64,000 nucleotides of DNA from an uncultured virus (IMG/VR IMGVR_UViG_3300007539_000017) (IMGVR_UViG_3300007539_000017), one strand, 5' to 3'; counted from the first letter of the stretch, positions 7,573-17,392 are shown. Notes: generated by a model not told the origin, from the letters alone. A program made the numbers and translations.

Positions 7573-7761
7573 ATGATTATGAAAGACAAACTAACAAAAG
7601 AAGAACAACAGTTTGTGGAGAACACTTTACATAGACTTGAATATGAAAGAGGAATGTATATGCCACTTACTGACCAAGAGTTAAGAGAGCTATCACCAGA
7701 ATTAAGAGAAGCTGTTTTGATAGCTAGAGATAGAGCTATGGTAACAGGATATGATGAATAA
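7573..7761 (+). CDS. Hypothetical protein
   Basis: ORF after an AT-rich promoter region. Confidence 0.6.
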   Translation: MIMKDKLTKEEQQFVENTLHRLEYERGMYMPLTDQELRELSPELREAVLIARDRAMVTGYDE

Positions 7762-7850
7762 AATGAAAGAGGGTCTTTCGACCCTCAATCATATATATCA
7801 TAACAGGAAGGAGTCACTTGACATGGAAATGTCGATTGACTTCTTATACA
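7760..7850 (-). ncRNA. Candidate small RNA: hairpin ending in CUCCUUCC, then terminator
   Basis: TTGTCA...TAATCT promoter-like site upstream; GAGGGTC-GAAA-GACCCTC-TTT terminator. Confidence 0.45.
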
Positions 7851-7914
7851 GGAAGATTAACACACTTCTTGTTTTTATGACAACTTTATTTACGCAAAAA
7901 GAAGGAGAAACAAA

Positions 7915-8184
7915 ATGGACATAGGTCAAACTATGAGTGAGTTGCCTACTTATCACACAGGTGGAGCACCATCAATTCTAGAAAGGAACTCTGAATGGGT
8001 AGAAATGATGGACAGAGCACCTCGTAATGAGTGGGTTGTGTTAGAAAAACTAACTAATAATGTTGTTGCAAACAACACAAGAATAAGAAACAGGGTATGG
8101 TCATTAAATAGAAAGCAAGATGATTTCGAGTTTACATCCCGTACACTCAATGATGAAATCATTATGTTTGGAAGGAGAAAATAA
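7915..8184 (+). CDS. Hypothetical protein
   Basis: SD AAGGAG; coupled to the next gene. Confidence 0.7.
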   Translation: MDIGQTMSELPTYHTGGAPSILERNSEWVEMMDRAPRNEWVVLEKLTNNVVANNTRIRNRVWSLNRKQDDFEFTSRTLNDEIIMFGRRK

Positions 8185-9152
8185 TGCCAGCCAATGTAGA
8201 AACAATGTACAGTGCGGTAGAAACACCATGGCACAGAATTGGTACAGTTACTACCGAAGCAGTTAATTCAAAGCAAGCACTTAAGATTGCAGGATTAGAT
8301 TGGAAAGTAAGTACTAGACCTATCTTTACAGGTGGTATAGATGCAGGTGGACAAGAGCACTCTATAGAAATTCCAGATACATTTGCTACTGTTAGAGATA
8401 GCGATGACACCATCTTAGGTGTTGTTGGTGACAGATATCAAGTCGTACAAAACAGACAATGTTTTGATTTCTTAGACACTGTTGTAGATGATAGCGAAGC
8501 TACATACGAAACAGCAGGTTCACTAAATAATGGAAAGATTGTTTGGATGATGTTGAACCTAGGAAAAGAAATCAAAGTAGATGAGGACAAAACAGTTCCT
8601 TATCTTTTAATGGTTAACTCACATGATGGTAGTACATCATTAAGAGGATTACCTACACCTATTCGAGTTGTGTGTCAAAACACTTTAAGACTTGCTTTAA
8701 ATAGTCAAGCTTACAAAGGTTTTTCATTTAGACATACACAAAACATAGATGGAAGAATTGCACAAGCAAGAACTCTTCTTAATCTTAGTTACGAATATGT
8801 TGATGGATTCCAAGAAGAAATGAATAAATTATTAGATACAACTGTAACTGATGATAAGTTCTACGATATCTTGGAAACTCTTATGCCTATTCCAATGGCT
8901 AAAGAGAATAATGCAAGCCAAGTATCACGAGTAAATCAACAAAGAGCAACAATTGAAAAATTGTGGTACGAACCAGAGTATTCGAATCAACAAGGAACTG
9001 CATGGTCATTACTTAATGCAGTATCCAATTATGAACAATGGCAGTCCCATTTACGTGGTAATACATCACGAGATGAGAGAATTGCTTTGAAAACAGTAAC
9101 AAATACTGAAAGCCCACTAACCCAAAAAGCTTGGAACTTAGTAAGGGTATGA
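8184..9152 (+). CDS. DUF932 / phage-plasmid TIGR03299-like protein
   Basis: VETM....PWH..G, AGLDW.V, QN..CF.F, NSHDGS, RVVCQNTL. Confidence 0.9.
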   Translation: MPANVETMYSAVETPWHRIGTVTTEAVNSKQALKIAGLDWKVSTRPIFTGGIDAGGQEHSIEIPDTFATVRDSDDTILGVVGDRYQVVQNRQCFDFLDTVVDDSEATYETAGSLNNGKIVWMMLNLGKEIKVDEDKTVPYLLMVNSHDGSTSLRGLPTPIRVVCQNTLRLALNSQAYKGFSFRHTQNIDGRIAQARTLLNLSYEYVDGFQEEMNKLLDTTVTDDKFYDILETLMPIPMAKENNASQVSRVNQQRATIEKLWYEPEYSNQQGTAWSLLNAVSNYEQWQSHLRGNTSRDERIALKTVTNTESPLTQKAWNLVRV

Positions 9153-9478
9153 AGTATTTAAAACCATTAGATGATTGGCTAAGTAGAAACCCATTGCCTA
9201 GAAATGCAATGACGGATTCCTCAGCCATTCATCTTGGGGTTACTTTAGGTTTTGCAAACATACCAAGAACAGAAGCAGAAAATATAGCTAATGCTAGTGC
9301 AACATACTTTTCAATAATTAAACACGATTTAAAAAATGAAAAGTTTACTAAAAGATACAAGCCAGAAGTTTATATTGATAGCGCAATGAAAGTCTATGAC
9401 TTTATGTTAAGTGAGTGGATTGTTATGAATGATTCACCACTGTTTAAAATTATGGACGGAATGGAAGAGGAGGAATAA
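9149..9478 (+). CDS. Hypothetical protein
   Basis: ATGA overlap with the upstream gene. Confidence 0.65.
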   Translation: MKYLKPLDDWLSRNPLPRNAMTDSSAIHLGVTLGFANIPRTEAENIANASATYFSIIKHDLKNEKFTKRYKPEVYIDSAMKVYDFMLSEWIVMNDSPLFKIMDGMEEEE

Positions 9479-9658
9479 TAGATATAATAACATTAGAAGA
9501 ATTTATAGAACAAGGTAGTTCTATAGATGATTATTGGAATTATTTAAATACATTAGAGGAGGAATAATGATTATTATTGATGACAATAATACTTGCAAAT
9601 GTGGTGCTTATTATCAAAGTAATAATTATTGCACTAATGGACATATAGAGGAGGAATA

Positions 9659-9853
9659 ATGAGTGAAGTTTATAAATATGAAAGTATTGACCCAAAGCAA
9701 ACAAGAAATGAATTAAGTGTTACTTTTAGCTTTGATACTGACACTGATTTGTCTAAAGCAGAAGCATATATCACATCTTTACTTACTGAAATAGATAAGG
9801 GTGTTGAATATAGTTTTGATATTTGGACATTAGCTAGTGAGGATTACTCTTGA
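9659..9853 (+). CDS. Hypothetical protein
   Basis: SD GAGGAGG. Confidence 0.65.
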   Translation: MSEVYKYESIDPKQTRNELSVTFSFDTDTDLSKAEAYITSLLTEIDKGVEYSFDIWTLASEDYS

Positions 9854-9932
9854 TAAATCTAGTAGTAGAAGAAACTTTACATTTTACACCATTCATGTTA
9901 GGCTTATTAGTGAACAGGAGGAGTAATTAAAA

Positions 9933-10478
9933 ATGATTTATGAAACAATTACCAAACAAGAGTGGTTGACTATAGTACAATGGATTTCTCTTAGATGGGA
10001 GCATATCAAATGGGAAGAAGAACAAATTAAATCTTTTTACGAAGATTTTAAAATGTTTCCTGCTGATGTAGTATGGACATCACTTAATCGTTATTATGAC
10101 AATGGTCACAAGTATTTTAATACAGTTGAATTTCGCAAAGCATGTTTAGATGAATATCAATTCTTTGCACAAGATTTAGATAATAAATTTAAATTAACTA
10201 CAGGTGAAATTGTAGAAAAAAATGCAGGTGGCTTAATTGAGTTTTTAAAATTAAATGGCTATGAATCATTTGCACATGGTGCATGGGCAATGTTAATGAA
10301 TAGACTCAACAACAATAAGTTAGAAAAATATGAAAGACATATGTCTGATGTATTTGAAAAAAATGAATCATGGGAGTCTGCTAAAGACAAATGGTTACAA
10401 ATGTTTCAACCAGAGTGGCGTGTTGAATGGTTGGAAGAAAGAAGAGAAGCACGTGATAAGGAGAAATTAAATGGCTAA
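9933..10478 (+). CDS. Possible helicase loader/inhibitor (G39P-like N-terminus)
   Basis: Helical W...F...P.DVV..SL..Y....YF...EFR pattern; adjacent to ssb. Confidence 0.45.
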   Translation: MIYETITKQEWLTIVQWISLRWEHIKWEEEQIKSFYEDFKMFPADVVWTSLNRYYDNGHKYFNTVEFRKACLDEYQFFAQDLDNKFKLTTGEIVEKNAGGLIEFLKLNGYESFAHGAWAMLMNRLNNNKLEKYERHMSDVFEKNESWESAKDKWLQMFQPEWRVEWLEERREARDKEKLNG

Positions 10479-10935
10479 TAATAATAGTGTTACTTTGGTT
10501 GGAAATATGATGCAACCAGAGATTAGAAATACACAAACTGGAAAAATGGTTGCTAAAGCTAGAATGGTTGTTAAGACCCCTGGCGAAAACAATGATGATA
10601 TGTGGGTTAGTGTTACTGCTTGGGAAAACCTAGCTAATAACTTAAACTATTCATTTCCTAATGACAGTAAAACTATCAGAGTTATGGTAACTGGTAGATT
10701 ACAAGAAGATAAATGGACAGGACAAGACGGAAGCGAAAAGAAAGCTATGAATATAGTAGCCGACCAAATCGCTGTATGTCTTGACTATCAAGTAGCTAGT
10801 GGTATTACTTATGCAGGAGACGGAGCAGATAAAAGCAGAAGTCAATATGCTAACAATACAGAAATGGCACAGGACATTTTAAATGCACAACCTGTTGCTA
10901 GAACTGACTACGGAGAGAATGAAGCACCATTCTAA
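10471..10935 (+). CDS. ssb: Single-stranded DNA-binding protein
   Basis: VTLVGN...PEIR, VTAWENLA, RVMVTGRL...W, acidic tail ending EAPF. Confidence 0.92.
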   Translation: MANNNSVTLVGNMMQPEIRNTQTGKMVAKARMVVKTPGENNDDMWVSVTAWENLANNLNYSFPNDSKTIRVMVTGRLQEDKWTGQDGSEKKAMNIVADQIAVCLDYQVASGITYAGDGADKSRSQYANNTEMAQDILNAQPVARTDYGENEAPF

Positions 10936-11234
10936 TGAATTGGCAAAGTTTATCTGATTGGGCTAATGAGGAAAGTGACATTCTTGAAGAATTGTCTCCA
11001 GAAGAAACATTAGCCCAGATGAACCAAATGGATAAAGTTAAGTGGTTATTCCTTAACAATCCAGAAGGTGTGTGTCATAACGTGTTCATGGAGTACTATA
11101 TCCCACGATTTGGTGCTTTAATCTGGACTTTAAGACATGAAGAAAATTGGATAATAGAAAAAGTAAAATGTGACTTGCACGATTACCACAAGTCGCTACA
11201 ATATAAGTATATATATCAAGGAAGGAGCATTTAA
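10935..11234 (+). CDS. Winged-helix-like protein
   Basis: IPRFGALIWTLRHEE.W.IE pattern. Confidence 0.5.
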   Translation: MNWQSLSDWANEESDILEELSPEETLAQMNQMDKVKWLFLNNPEGVCHNVFMEYYIPRFGALIWTLRHEENWIIEKVKCDLHDYHKSLQYKYIYQGRSI

Positions 11235-11235
11235 A

Positions 11236-11934
11236 ATGCTAAAAGAAAAAGTAAAACATAGTTCTAGTAAATACTTTGAAACTATGGAAGTAATGGATTC
11301 TCGTAAAAATTTTGAAGACATGTCTCCATGGATATTTAATTTTTATAAAGGAGATGATGTCGGTTGTACTATAGTAGCTCAACCACCAGAATTTGACAAA
11401 AAGCAAGAAGCTTTTATGCACATACTTAACTTATTAACTTTTGATAAGTTTGATTATGTAACTGTAAGTTTAGATACTTGGTTTGTAAAACAAGACAAAG
11501 ATAATCCAAACTTTAATATTCGACCTAGTGAATCTTTAGAAAGAGAAGAAGCAATAATAACTCTTGGTGCTAGTAGTGATGAGCTTGAACAAGCAATGCT
11601 TATTTATGGAAGAAACGATAATGGTAAAATCTATGAAAAAGAACATATAACTGAAGGCTCAAGCAATTTTGAAGGTTGGATGCAAGAAGTAATTTTAAAA
11701 GCTATGAACTTTCCAGTAACAATGGAAGAGTTAGTAGTTATGGCTAAAAATAATACTGAAATATTTGATGATGTTAAAGATAAACCAACGTCTGAACTTA
11801 TTCATAATTTAAAGCAAGAATGGATAAATCTACTAACAGAAAACAATTGTATGATTGCTTTCTCTGAATCATGTGATTCATTCAATGAATTAGAAGGATA
11901 TGAAGCAATCTATATAAATGGAGAGGAAGAATAA
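11236..11934 (+). CDS. Hypothetical protein
   Basis: SD AAGGAG before the ATG at 11236. Confidence 0.7.
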   Translation: MLKEKVKHSSSKYFETMEVMDSRKNFEDMSPWIFNFYKGDDVGCTIVAQPPEFDKKQEAFMHILNLLTFDKFDYVTVSLDTWFVKQDKDNPNFNIRPSESLEREEAIITLGASSDELEQAMLIYGRNDNGKIYEKEHITEGSSNFEGWMQEVILKAMNFPVTMEELVVMAKNNTEIFDDVKDKPTSELIHNLKQEWINLLTENNCMIAFSESCDSFNELEGYEAIYINGEEE

Positions 11935-12128
11935 TGGATAATATTATATATGAAAAAGATACTTGTGTTAAGTGTGGAACAAAAGAAGAAATAGTTCACT
12001 CTGGAACAGACGGCATATTGCTTGGAGTTTTAAATGAGCTACACCATATTTGTTATCCATGCGCTAACGAACATTATATGTCAGATATTAATAATAAAAT
12101 TGAAGATATATTAGGTGAAGAAGAATGA
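11934..12128 (+). CDS. Small Zn-finger protein
   Basis: CVKC...CYPC. Confidence 0.6.
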   Translation: MDNIIYEKDTCVKCGTKEEIVHSGTDGILLGVLNELHHICYPCANEHYMSDINNKIEDILGEEE

Positions 12129-12245
12129 ATTGGCTACAGAAATGGTTTTACCTTCGTAGAGAAGAAAGATTAGATAGAGAGCGAGCAAGAAATAATACTT
12201 GGCTTGAAGAATATAGTGAAGATATGAAAAAAACTTTGAGAGGAG

Positions 12246-12458
12246 ATGTGTTTGAAGATGAGTGATATATACCAAAGTGGTAGTAAAACTAGATACTACA
12301 CTAGAAAAAATAGAGTATATGCTAAAGGTAGAGTCTGTACTGAAGAAGGTTGTGACCAAGTTTTATCACAATATAATAATCGTAAGCAATGTTTTCAACA
12401 TCACAAATTTAAGCAACCACGAGTTCGTGGAATGATAGACCCAAGAGAGAGGGAATAA
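12246..12458 (+). CDS. Small Cys/His Zn-binding protein
   Basis: RVCTEEGC...LSQYN....CFQH. Confidence 0.65.
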   Translation: MCLKMSDIYQSGSKTRYYTRKNRVYAKGRVCTEEGCDQVLSQYNNRKQCFQHHKFKQPRVRGMIDPRERE

Positions 12459-13108
12459 TGCCTAACTGGGTAGATAATGTAATGATAATTAAGGCAGACC
12501 CTAGTACTCTGTCTGAATTGCGTACAAAAATAAAAACAGATAAAAGAGATGAACAATATGTAAATATTGCTACAAGTCTATATCCAATGCCACAAGATTT
12601 ACGATATGTAGTTGGTAGTGACAGAGACAATCTTAAATATTGTAAAGTTCATAACAAAATCGTACTACCTCCTTCTGATTTAGAAATTATGTCTAGAGAG
12701 TCTGGCTATGATATGTTAATTGGTAAGTCAAAAAAGTTTGAGCAAACTGAATTTGAATTAGTTGAATTATCTGAAGCAGAAAAGCGAGCACTTGAAGAAG
12801 AGCATGGTGCTACAAACTGGTATGACTGGAACATAAAAAACTATGGTTCTAAATGGCCAGATTGTTATACACATGCACAAACAGTTCAAAACGGAAACTT
12901 ATTGTTTCAATTTGAAAGTGCTTGGGCTCCCTTAGTAACCTTAGCTAAAAGAATTAGTGAAGACTATAACTGTAAGGTAGTTTTAAAATATATGTCTATA
13001 GATAATTGTGATAAAGGAGAATTAAGATTTGATTCTGGAATGACTTACTATGATAAGTGGGAATTTTGGGATGTTCAAGGAGTCTTGATTAAAGAGGAGG
13101 AAGAATGA
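12458..13108 (+). CDS. DUF1281 / YubB ferredoxin-like domain protein
   Basis: MPNWVDN start, NWYDWNIKNYGSKW, FESAWAP. Confidence 0.75.
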   Translation: MPNWVDNVMIIKADPSTLSELRTKIKTDKRDEQYVNIATSLYPMPQDLRYVVGSDRDNLKYCKVHNKIVLPPSDLEIMSRESGYDMLIGKSKKFEQTEFELVELSEAEKRALEEEHGATNWYDWNIKNYGSKWPDCYTHAQTVQNGNLLFQFESAWAPLVTLAKRISEDYNCKVVLKYMSIDNCDKGELRFDSGMTYYDKWEFWDVQGVLIKEEEE

Positions 13109-13413
13109 CAGAAATATATGAAATTCAAGGTTGGAGTGAGTATGGATACGCTTCAATACATAAAGACTCATTAGATGAGCATTTTGTTTATGAGCAAGAC
13201 GAAGAATATCCGTCTTTAAAAAAATCTGTTACCAAAGTGTATTTCAACAAAAAAGGATACGATGATGTCTTTTATATTATAGTTGATGAAAATGGTATAA
13301 AGATAGAGTTAGAAATGTCATCAGACAACGAATCAGTAACAAAAGAAATGGATAAATCTTACGAAGTTTTGTTTAGTGAATTTATGGAAAGAGATTTTAA
13401 AAATGATATTTAA
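13105..13413 (+). CDS. Hypothetical protein
   Basis: SD GAGGAGG; coupled. Confidence 0.65.
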   Translation: MTEIYEIQGWSEYGYASIHKDSLDEHFVYEQDEEYPSLKKSVTKVYFNKKGYDDVFYIIVDENGIKIELEMSSDNESVTKEMDKSYEVLFSEFMERDFKNDI

Positions 13414-13900
13414 TGCCTACGAAGAATGGACTAATGATAAGATTAATGATATAAGACCACATAAAGTTAATTTAAATCATTACTCGTTGCTAGTTAATAA
13501 CATTGGCGAACTGGAAATTAAAATGTTTCAAACAGAGAATCATTGTGGTAAATCATGTGATAAAGATTGTTTAAGATTTCATTTCACACCTACACATTAT
13601 CTTTGTTTAGACGGATATCCTTTAGCAAAACTTGTAGGAGTTGATGAGTTAAATCATATCATTTCAGAAGTTGAGGCTGACGAGCACGAATTAAAAAGAA
13701 GGGAAGCATGGAAAGAGCTAACAGATTACGATTATAGAAATCAATATACAACTACATTACCTGTAAAAATGGAGGAAATGTTAGATAGATTTGATGACGA
13801 TAATATTGTAAATAGAGAAATGAACTTTCTTAGTAATAAAGAAACTTTAGAAGTTGACGGCATGGAAATTGAAATACGATTTTCTGAGGAGGAAGAATGA
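13403..13900 (+). CDS. Hypothetical protein
   Basis: Coupled ORF. Confidence 0.65.
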   Translation: MIFNAYEEWTNDKINDIRPHKVNLNHYSLLVNNIGELEIKMFQTENHCGKSCDKDCLRFHFTPTHYLCLDGYPLAKLVGVDELNHIISEVEADEHELKRREAWKELTDYDYRNQYTTTLPVKMEEMLDRFDDDNIVNREMNFLSNKETLEVDGMEIEIRFSEEEE

Positions 13901-14117
13901 CAGATATAAATACTAAAAAGTATTTTGATAAAAATAGAAAGTATATTGCTACTAAATTATATGTTGATTGGAAAGTAGATAAAGAAGTAGCAGAAAATTT
14001 ATTAGGAGTTAAGTTAACTGATGTGTAGTAAATGTAAAATTAGAAACAAAGTTAATCGATTTCAAGTTGACCCAAGCATAGAAGAATTGCTAGAAGAACT
14101 GAGACAAAGTGGAATAG

Positions 14118-14306
14118 ATGCAAGAGAGGGGCACCCTTTTGGCTAGAATACCTTATTTAGACCATATTGTTGATGGCGTTGAAAGACAAATTAAAGATTT
14201 TGATTTAAGCAAAGAACAATTAATGGATTTGGTTGTAAGATTAAACGATATGATTGCAGATGTCAATTACACAAGAGTATTTGAAGAAGCAATATTAAAG
14301 GATTAA
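14118..14306 (+). CDS. Hypothetical protein
   Basis: ORF track; helical composition. Confidence 0.5.
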   Translation: MQERGTLLARIPYLDHIVDGVERQIKDFDLSKEQLMDLVVRLNDMIADVNYTRVFEEAILKD

Positions 14307-14469
14307 CAATTAGAAAATATTATTATTGGTACAAATTAAAGAAGTTATTATTCATAAATAACTTTTTAGCCAAGTATTTTTATGATTATTGGATTACTTG
14401 GTATGACCATATACATTTATTAACTGAGGTATACTTATGGGAGTGGGAAAACGCAGGAGATGAAGAAGA

Positions 14470-15129
14470 ATGATTCGTGTAGAATATATTGATTTAGATG
14501 AGATAGTTGAAGCAGATATAAACCCTAAAGACCATGATTTAGGTGTTATCTATCAATCAATTAACAGATTTGGTTTTAACAACCCCATCATAGTTAACGA
14601 CTCAAACGGCAAATTACTTGTAGGACATGGTCGTTTACACGCGTTAAAAATGATTAGAGATGCTGGTGAAGAAGCACCAGAACGAATTGTTGTTGAAGAA
14701 GGTGTCTGGAAAGTTCCTGTCATAAAAGGCGTAAACATTGATAATCCAGCTGAAGCACAAGCATATTTACTTGCAGATAACAGACTTACTGAGCTTGGTG
14801 GTTGGAAAAACATGGATTTAATAGAAAGTTTAAATGAAATTCTGGAAGAGACTGGCGACTTAGACGGCACAGGATATGACTTAGAAGATGTAGATACAAT
14901 ATTAAAAAGTTTAGAAAACACTAGCATTTTTGAAGAGGAAGGAAGCAGCGCGACAGAATCGGCAGAAATATTGGATGAAACAGAAGTTTCTATTGCAGTT
15001 GGTCGTTATAAGTTCAAAGTTCCAGCAGAAGATTTTTATGAGTGGGAAGAAATGGTTAAGAGTTCCTCTGGTTCACAAGATGTAGTGGGTATATCTCTCT
15101 GGATAAAAGAAAGTCTGGGCTTAAATTAA
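14470..15129 (+). CDS. ParB/Srx-like N-terminal domain protein
   Basis: NPKDHD...SI.RFGF..PIIV...LLVGHGRL.A...AYLLADNRL.E..GW. Confidence 0.88.
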   Translation: MIRVEYIDLDEIVEADINPKDHDLGVIYQSINRFGFNNPIIVNDSNGKLLVGHGRLHALKMIRDAGEEAPERIVVEEGVWKVPVIKGVNIDNPAEAQAYLLADNRLTELGGWKNMDLIESLNEILEETGDLDGTGYDLEDVDTILKSLENTSIFEEEGSSATESAEILDETEVSIAVGRYKFKVPAEDFYEWEEMVKSSSGSQDVVGISLWIKESLGLN

Positions 15130-15139
15130 CCCAGACCTC

Positions 15140-15233
15140 ATACACAATATATAGTGAATTAGTTATTTGTAATAAATTTCGTCTTCCCAGATATCATAAT
15201 ACATTGTTGGTGGTTGCTCAAACCACTCTTTGA
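15140..15233. repeat. Inverted repeat copy B
   Basis: Exact reverse complement of 1-94. Confidence 0.95.
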
Positions 15234-15279
15234 TAATATAACCAACAGCGATGGCTAATAAAACTATTCCTACGGACAT
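15163..15279 (-). CDS. 38-aa single-TM membrane protein
   Basis: MSVGIVLLAIAVGYIIKEWFEQPPTMYYDIWEDEIYYK; SD AGGAGG; own promoter. Confidence 0.7.
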   Translation of the reverse strand: MSVGIVLLAIAVGYIIKEWFEQPPTMYYDIWEDEIYYK

Positions 15280-15308
15280 AATTCCTCCTATTACTAATAC
15301 TATTAAGA

Positions 15309-15337
15309 ACTATACTACCAGATATAGTTTTTGTCAA
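15309..15337 (-). promoter_or_regulatory. Consensus promoter with an NrdR-box-like spacer
   Basis: TTGACA-aaaactatatctggtag(17)-TATAGT. Confidence 0.75.
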
Positions 15338-15488
15338 GCCAGACTGAAAAAAAACCTGAACCTGAACTCCAGACAGCGAAACGACAAAATCGGCAAAAAA
15401 CCTTTATTACTAGCCATTATTGTCGTACTGACTGTGTAAACCTGATGCAAAACAACAAAACACAACATCTGGGGGGTAAAGGACACAT

Positions 15489-15505
15489 ACCACTATATAT
15501 AGTGT
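15489..15505. promoter_or_regulatory. NrdR-box-like palindrome
   Basis: acCACTATATATAGTGt, perfect 14-bp palindrome core. Confidence 0.55.
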
Positions 15506-15663
15506 GGAAAACTAGGAAAAGACACAATTCTCCTGTTACCCTTGCGAAACCAAGCCCTATAGGGTCGCGGTCAAACTTGATTTAGGCATAACTCACCTAT
15601 TGCAGTACCAAAAAGCAAGTTTATACTAGCTTTCTAACAATCTATTTAAGGCCTATAGATACT

Positions 15664-15686
15664 ATAAGGCGTTCCGAAGAACGCCC
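15664..15686 (-). terminator. Terminator-like hairpin after the amidoligase operon
   Basis: GGCGTTC-TTCG-GAACGCC on the minus strand; short T tail. Confidence 0.55.
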
Positions 15687-15710
15687 TAACTACCTATAGA
15701 GTATTCAGTT

Positions 15711-15884
15711 CTAAGAGTAGATTCTCCTTAGATATCTAAAGAGTATGTATAGAAGTACCACAGGCAACATAAGCACATAAAGCAATGCTTTGTATAAGTC
15801 TGGATACTCTACCATCGATATGAGTATTGCAGTTACAAATAAGGTTACTAAGAAGCCACCCATTGTAACTGTTAATAACTCCAT
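15711..15884 (-). CDS. 57-aa two-TM membrane protein
   Basis: MELLTVTMGGFLVTLFVTAILISMV...LLYVLMLPVVLLYILFRYLRR; abuts the upstream stop. Confidence 0.65.
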   Translation of the reverse strand: MELLTVTMGGFLVTLFVTAILISMVEYPDLYKALLYVLMLPVVLLYILFRYLRRIYS

Positions 15885-16217
15885 TTAATTACCCCAATCT
15901 GTTATGTTCCAATCTGAATCATAATATTCTGAGTCACCATAATATGGGTCGTCATCATCATATTGGTCAACCATACCATCCGCAACGAATTCTGAGATAG
16001 CATCACGTATAGTATCTTGGTCAAGTTCGTCACCTTCATTGAGATAACCATCATCAATTAAGGTTCCGACTGTTATAGTATGAGATACATTATATGTAAC
16101 CATTTGAGTTTCGGTTACACTTGTCTCAAAACTAACCTCTCTATCTCTTTCGATAGGTGCAGGTTCTTCTGAGTCGATTAGCCAGGCTGGAACGCCTGGG
16201 TCTCCATGTCTAACCAT
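15885..16217 (-). CDS. Very acidic small protein in the amidoligase operon
   Basis: Asp/Glu/Tyr-rich C-terminus DDDDPYYGDSEYYDSDWNITDWGN. Confidence 0.75.
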   Translation of the reverse strand: MVRHGDPGVPAWLIDSEEPAPIERDREVSFETSVTETQMVTYNVSHTITVGTLIDDGYLNEGDELDQDTIRDAISEFVADGMVDQYDDDDPYYGDSEYYDSDWNITDWGN

Positions 16218-16218
16218 T

Positions 16219-17388
16219 TTAGACTCTCCCTTCTGCGTGTGCGATAGAATCTACAAACAACGCTTTGTAAGCATCAACTTCTTCCAACATTGTTTTGCTT
16301 CTATCTTTTCTAGTGACACAACCGATACCATTGTAATGTCTACGCAAGTATCTCTTAAGTTCTGGCCATCTATTTTGCTCATTAACAAACTGTACAAATT
16401 TGTCAACATCAAAGATGTCCAATACTTTAGTAACGTCAGTATATGCTAACTGCTCAATCATGTATGTATAGTTATACATAGCATTGAGGAAGCTAGTACG
16501 CATAATTGCACGCTCTGAGCTATAAGTACCTTTAGGGAACCTAAGCTCAATAGTATTGTGACGTGTTCTCATTACAATGTAGTTTCTAGTTGTATTAAGT
16601 CCACGTCTGTTATCACGTGATATGTCACTAAATAGTGTTTCAACACTAGGTAGTCTGTACCATCTAGCCCAACCACCAAGCTTGCGTTGTCCAATCAATT
16701 GAATGAACCTTGCAGCTCTTTCTGGGCTATGGTGTCCTTGAACATATAACCTTGCATCAGCAAAATGCTCAATCAACTTGTAGAATAGAACAAGTTGTTG
16801 GTCGCTGAATGCACCAAGTGGTATATGCATATGACCACCAGTATTTTCACCATAATGGCCTTGCCATAGGTATGTACTGAATGTTGCTTCGAACACACTA
16901 TAAGCGTTTGATTCTCTAGCAAAATCAGGTGTCATAGGTGCGAACACAAACTCACGGCCACCATTATTAAGTGAACCATCAGTCTTAACAGTACACATAG
17001 GCTTGTATCTAAATTGTTCCCAACCTTTAGTAGTAGATTGGTTTCTTAGATAGTTGCGAATGTTTCTATTAGCTTTCGCCACAACAATGTTGAACTCTAA
17101 GTCTTGGTCACTTCTATTCAATGAGTGAATCACAGACCCATCTTCAACTTCTAGTTCTGACTCAAAACCAACTGGTAGGCCATAGCGTACCAATTGCTCT
17201 CGCAATGGTCTGAGCTCATCTGGTTGAATAGATATGCTATCAATAGGAGCATATAAATTACCATTAAGCCCATAAACCATAGACCTACCTGCTAATTGTT
17301 CAGTGCCTAAGCGTTGTTCTCTGCTAAAGAAATCACGCTCTGGCGCATCAACACGTACTCTGTTGCCTTTCGGCTTTAGTGTAGCCAC
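16219..17388 (-). CDS. Putative amidoligase (COOH-NH2 ligase, glutamine-synthetase fold)
   Basis: GFESELE, KTDGSL..GGREFV..P, TGGHMHI, NTIELRF..GT. Confidence 0.85.
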   Translation of the reverse strand: MATLKPKGNRVRVDAPERDFFSREQRLGTEQLAGRSMVYGLNGNLYAPIDSISIQPDELRPLREQLVRYGLPVGFESELEVEDGSVIHSLNRSDQDLEFNIVVAKANRNIRNYLRNQSTTKGWEQFRYKPMCTVKTDGSLNNGGREFVFAPMTPDFARESNAYSVFEATFSTYLWQGHYGENTGGHMHIPLGAFSDQQLVLFYKLIEHFADARLYVQGHHSPERAARFIQLIGQRKLGGWARWYRLPSVETLFSDISRDNRRGLNTTRNYIVMRTRHNTIELRFPKGTYSSERAIMRTSFLNAMYNYTYMIEQLAYTDVTKVLDIFDVDKFVQFVNEQNRWPELKRYLRRHYNGIGCVTRKDRSKTMLEEVDAYKALFVDSIAHAEGRV

Positions 17389-17392
17389 TGTC

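Noticed and set aside
15251..15585. Plus-strand ORFs 15251-15439 and 15331-15585
   Set aside because: No SD; they overlap a minus-strand promoter and gene and A-tract-rich non-coding DNA.
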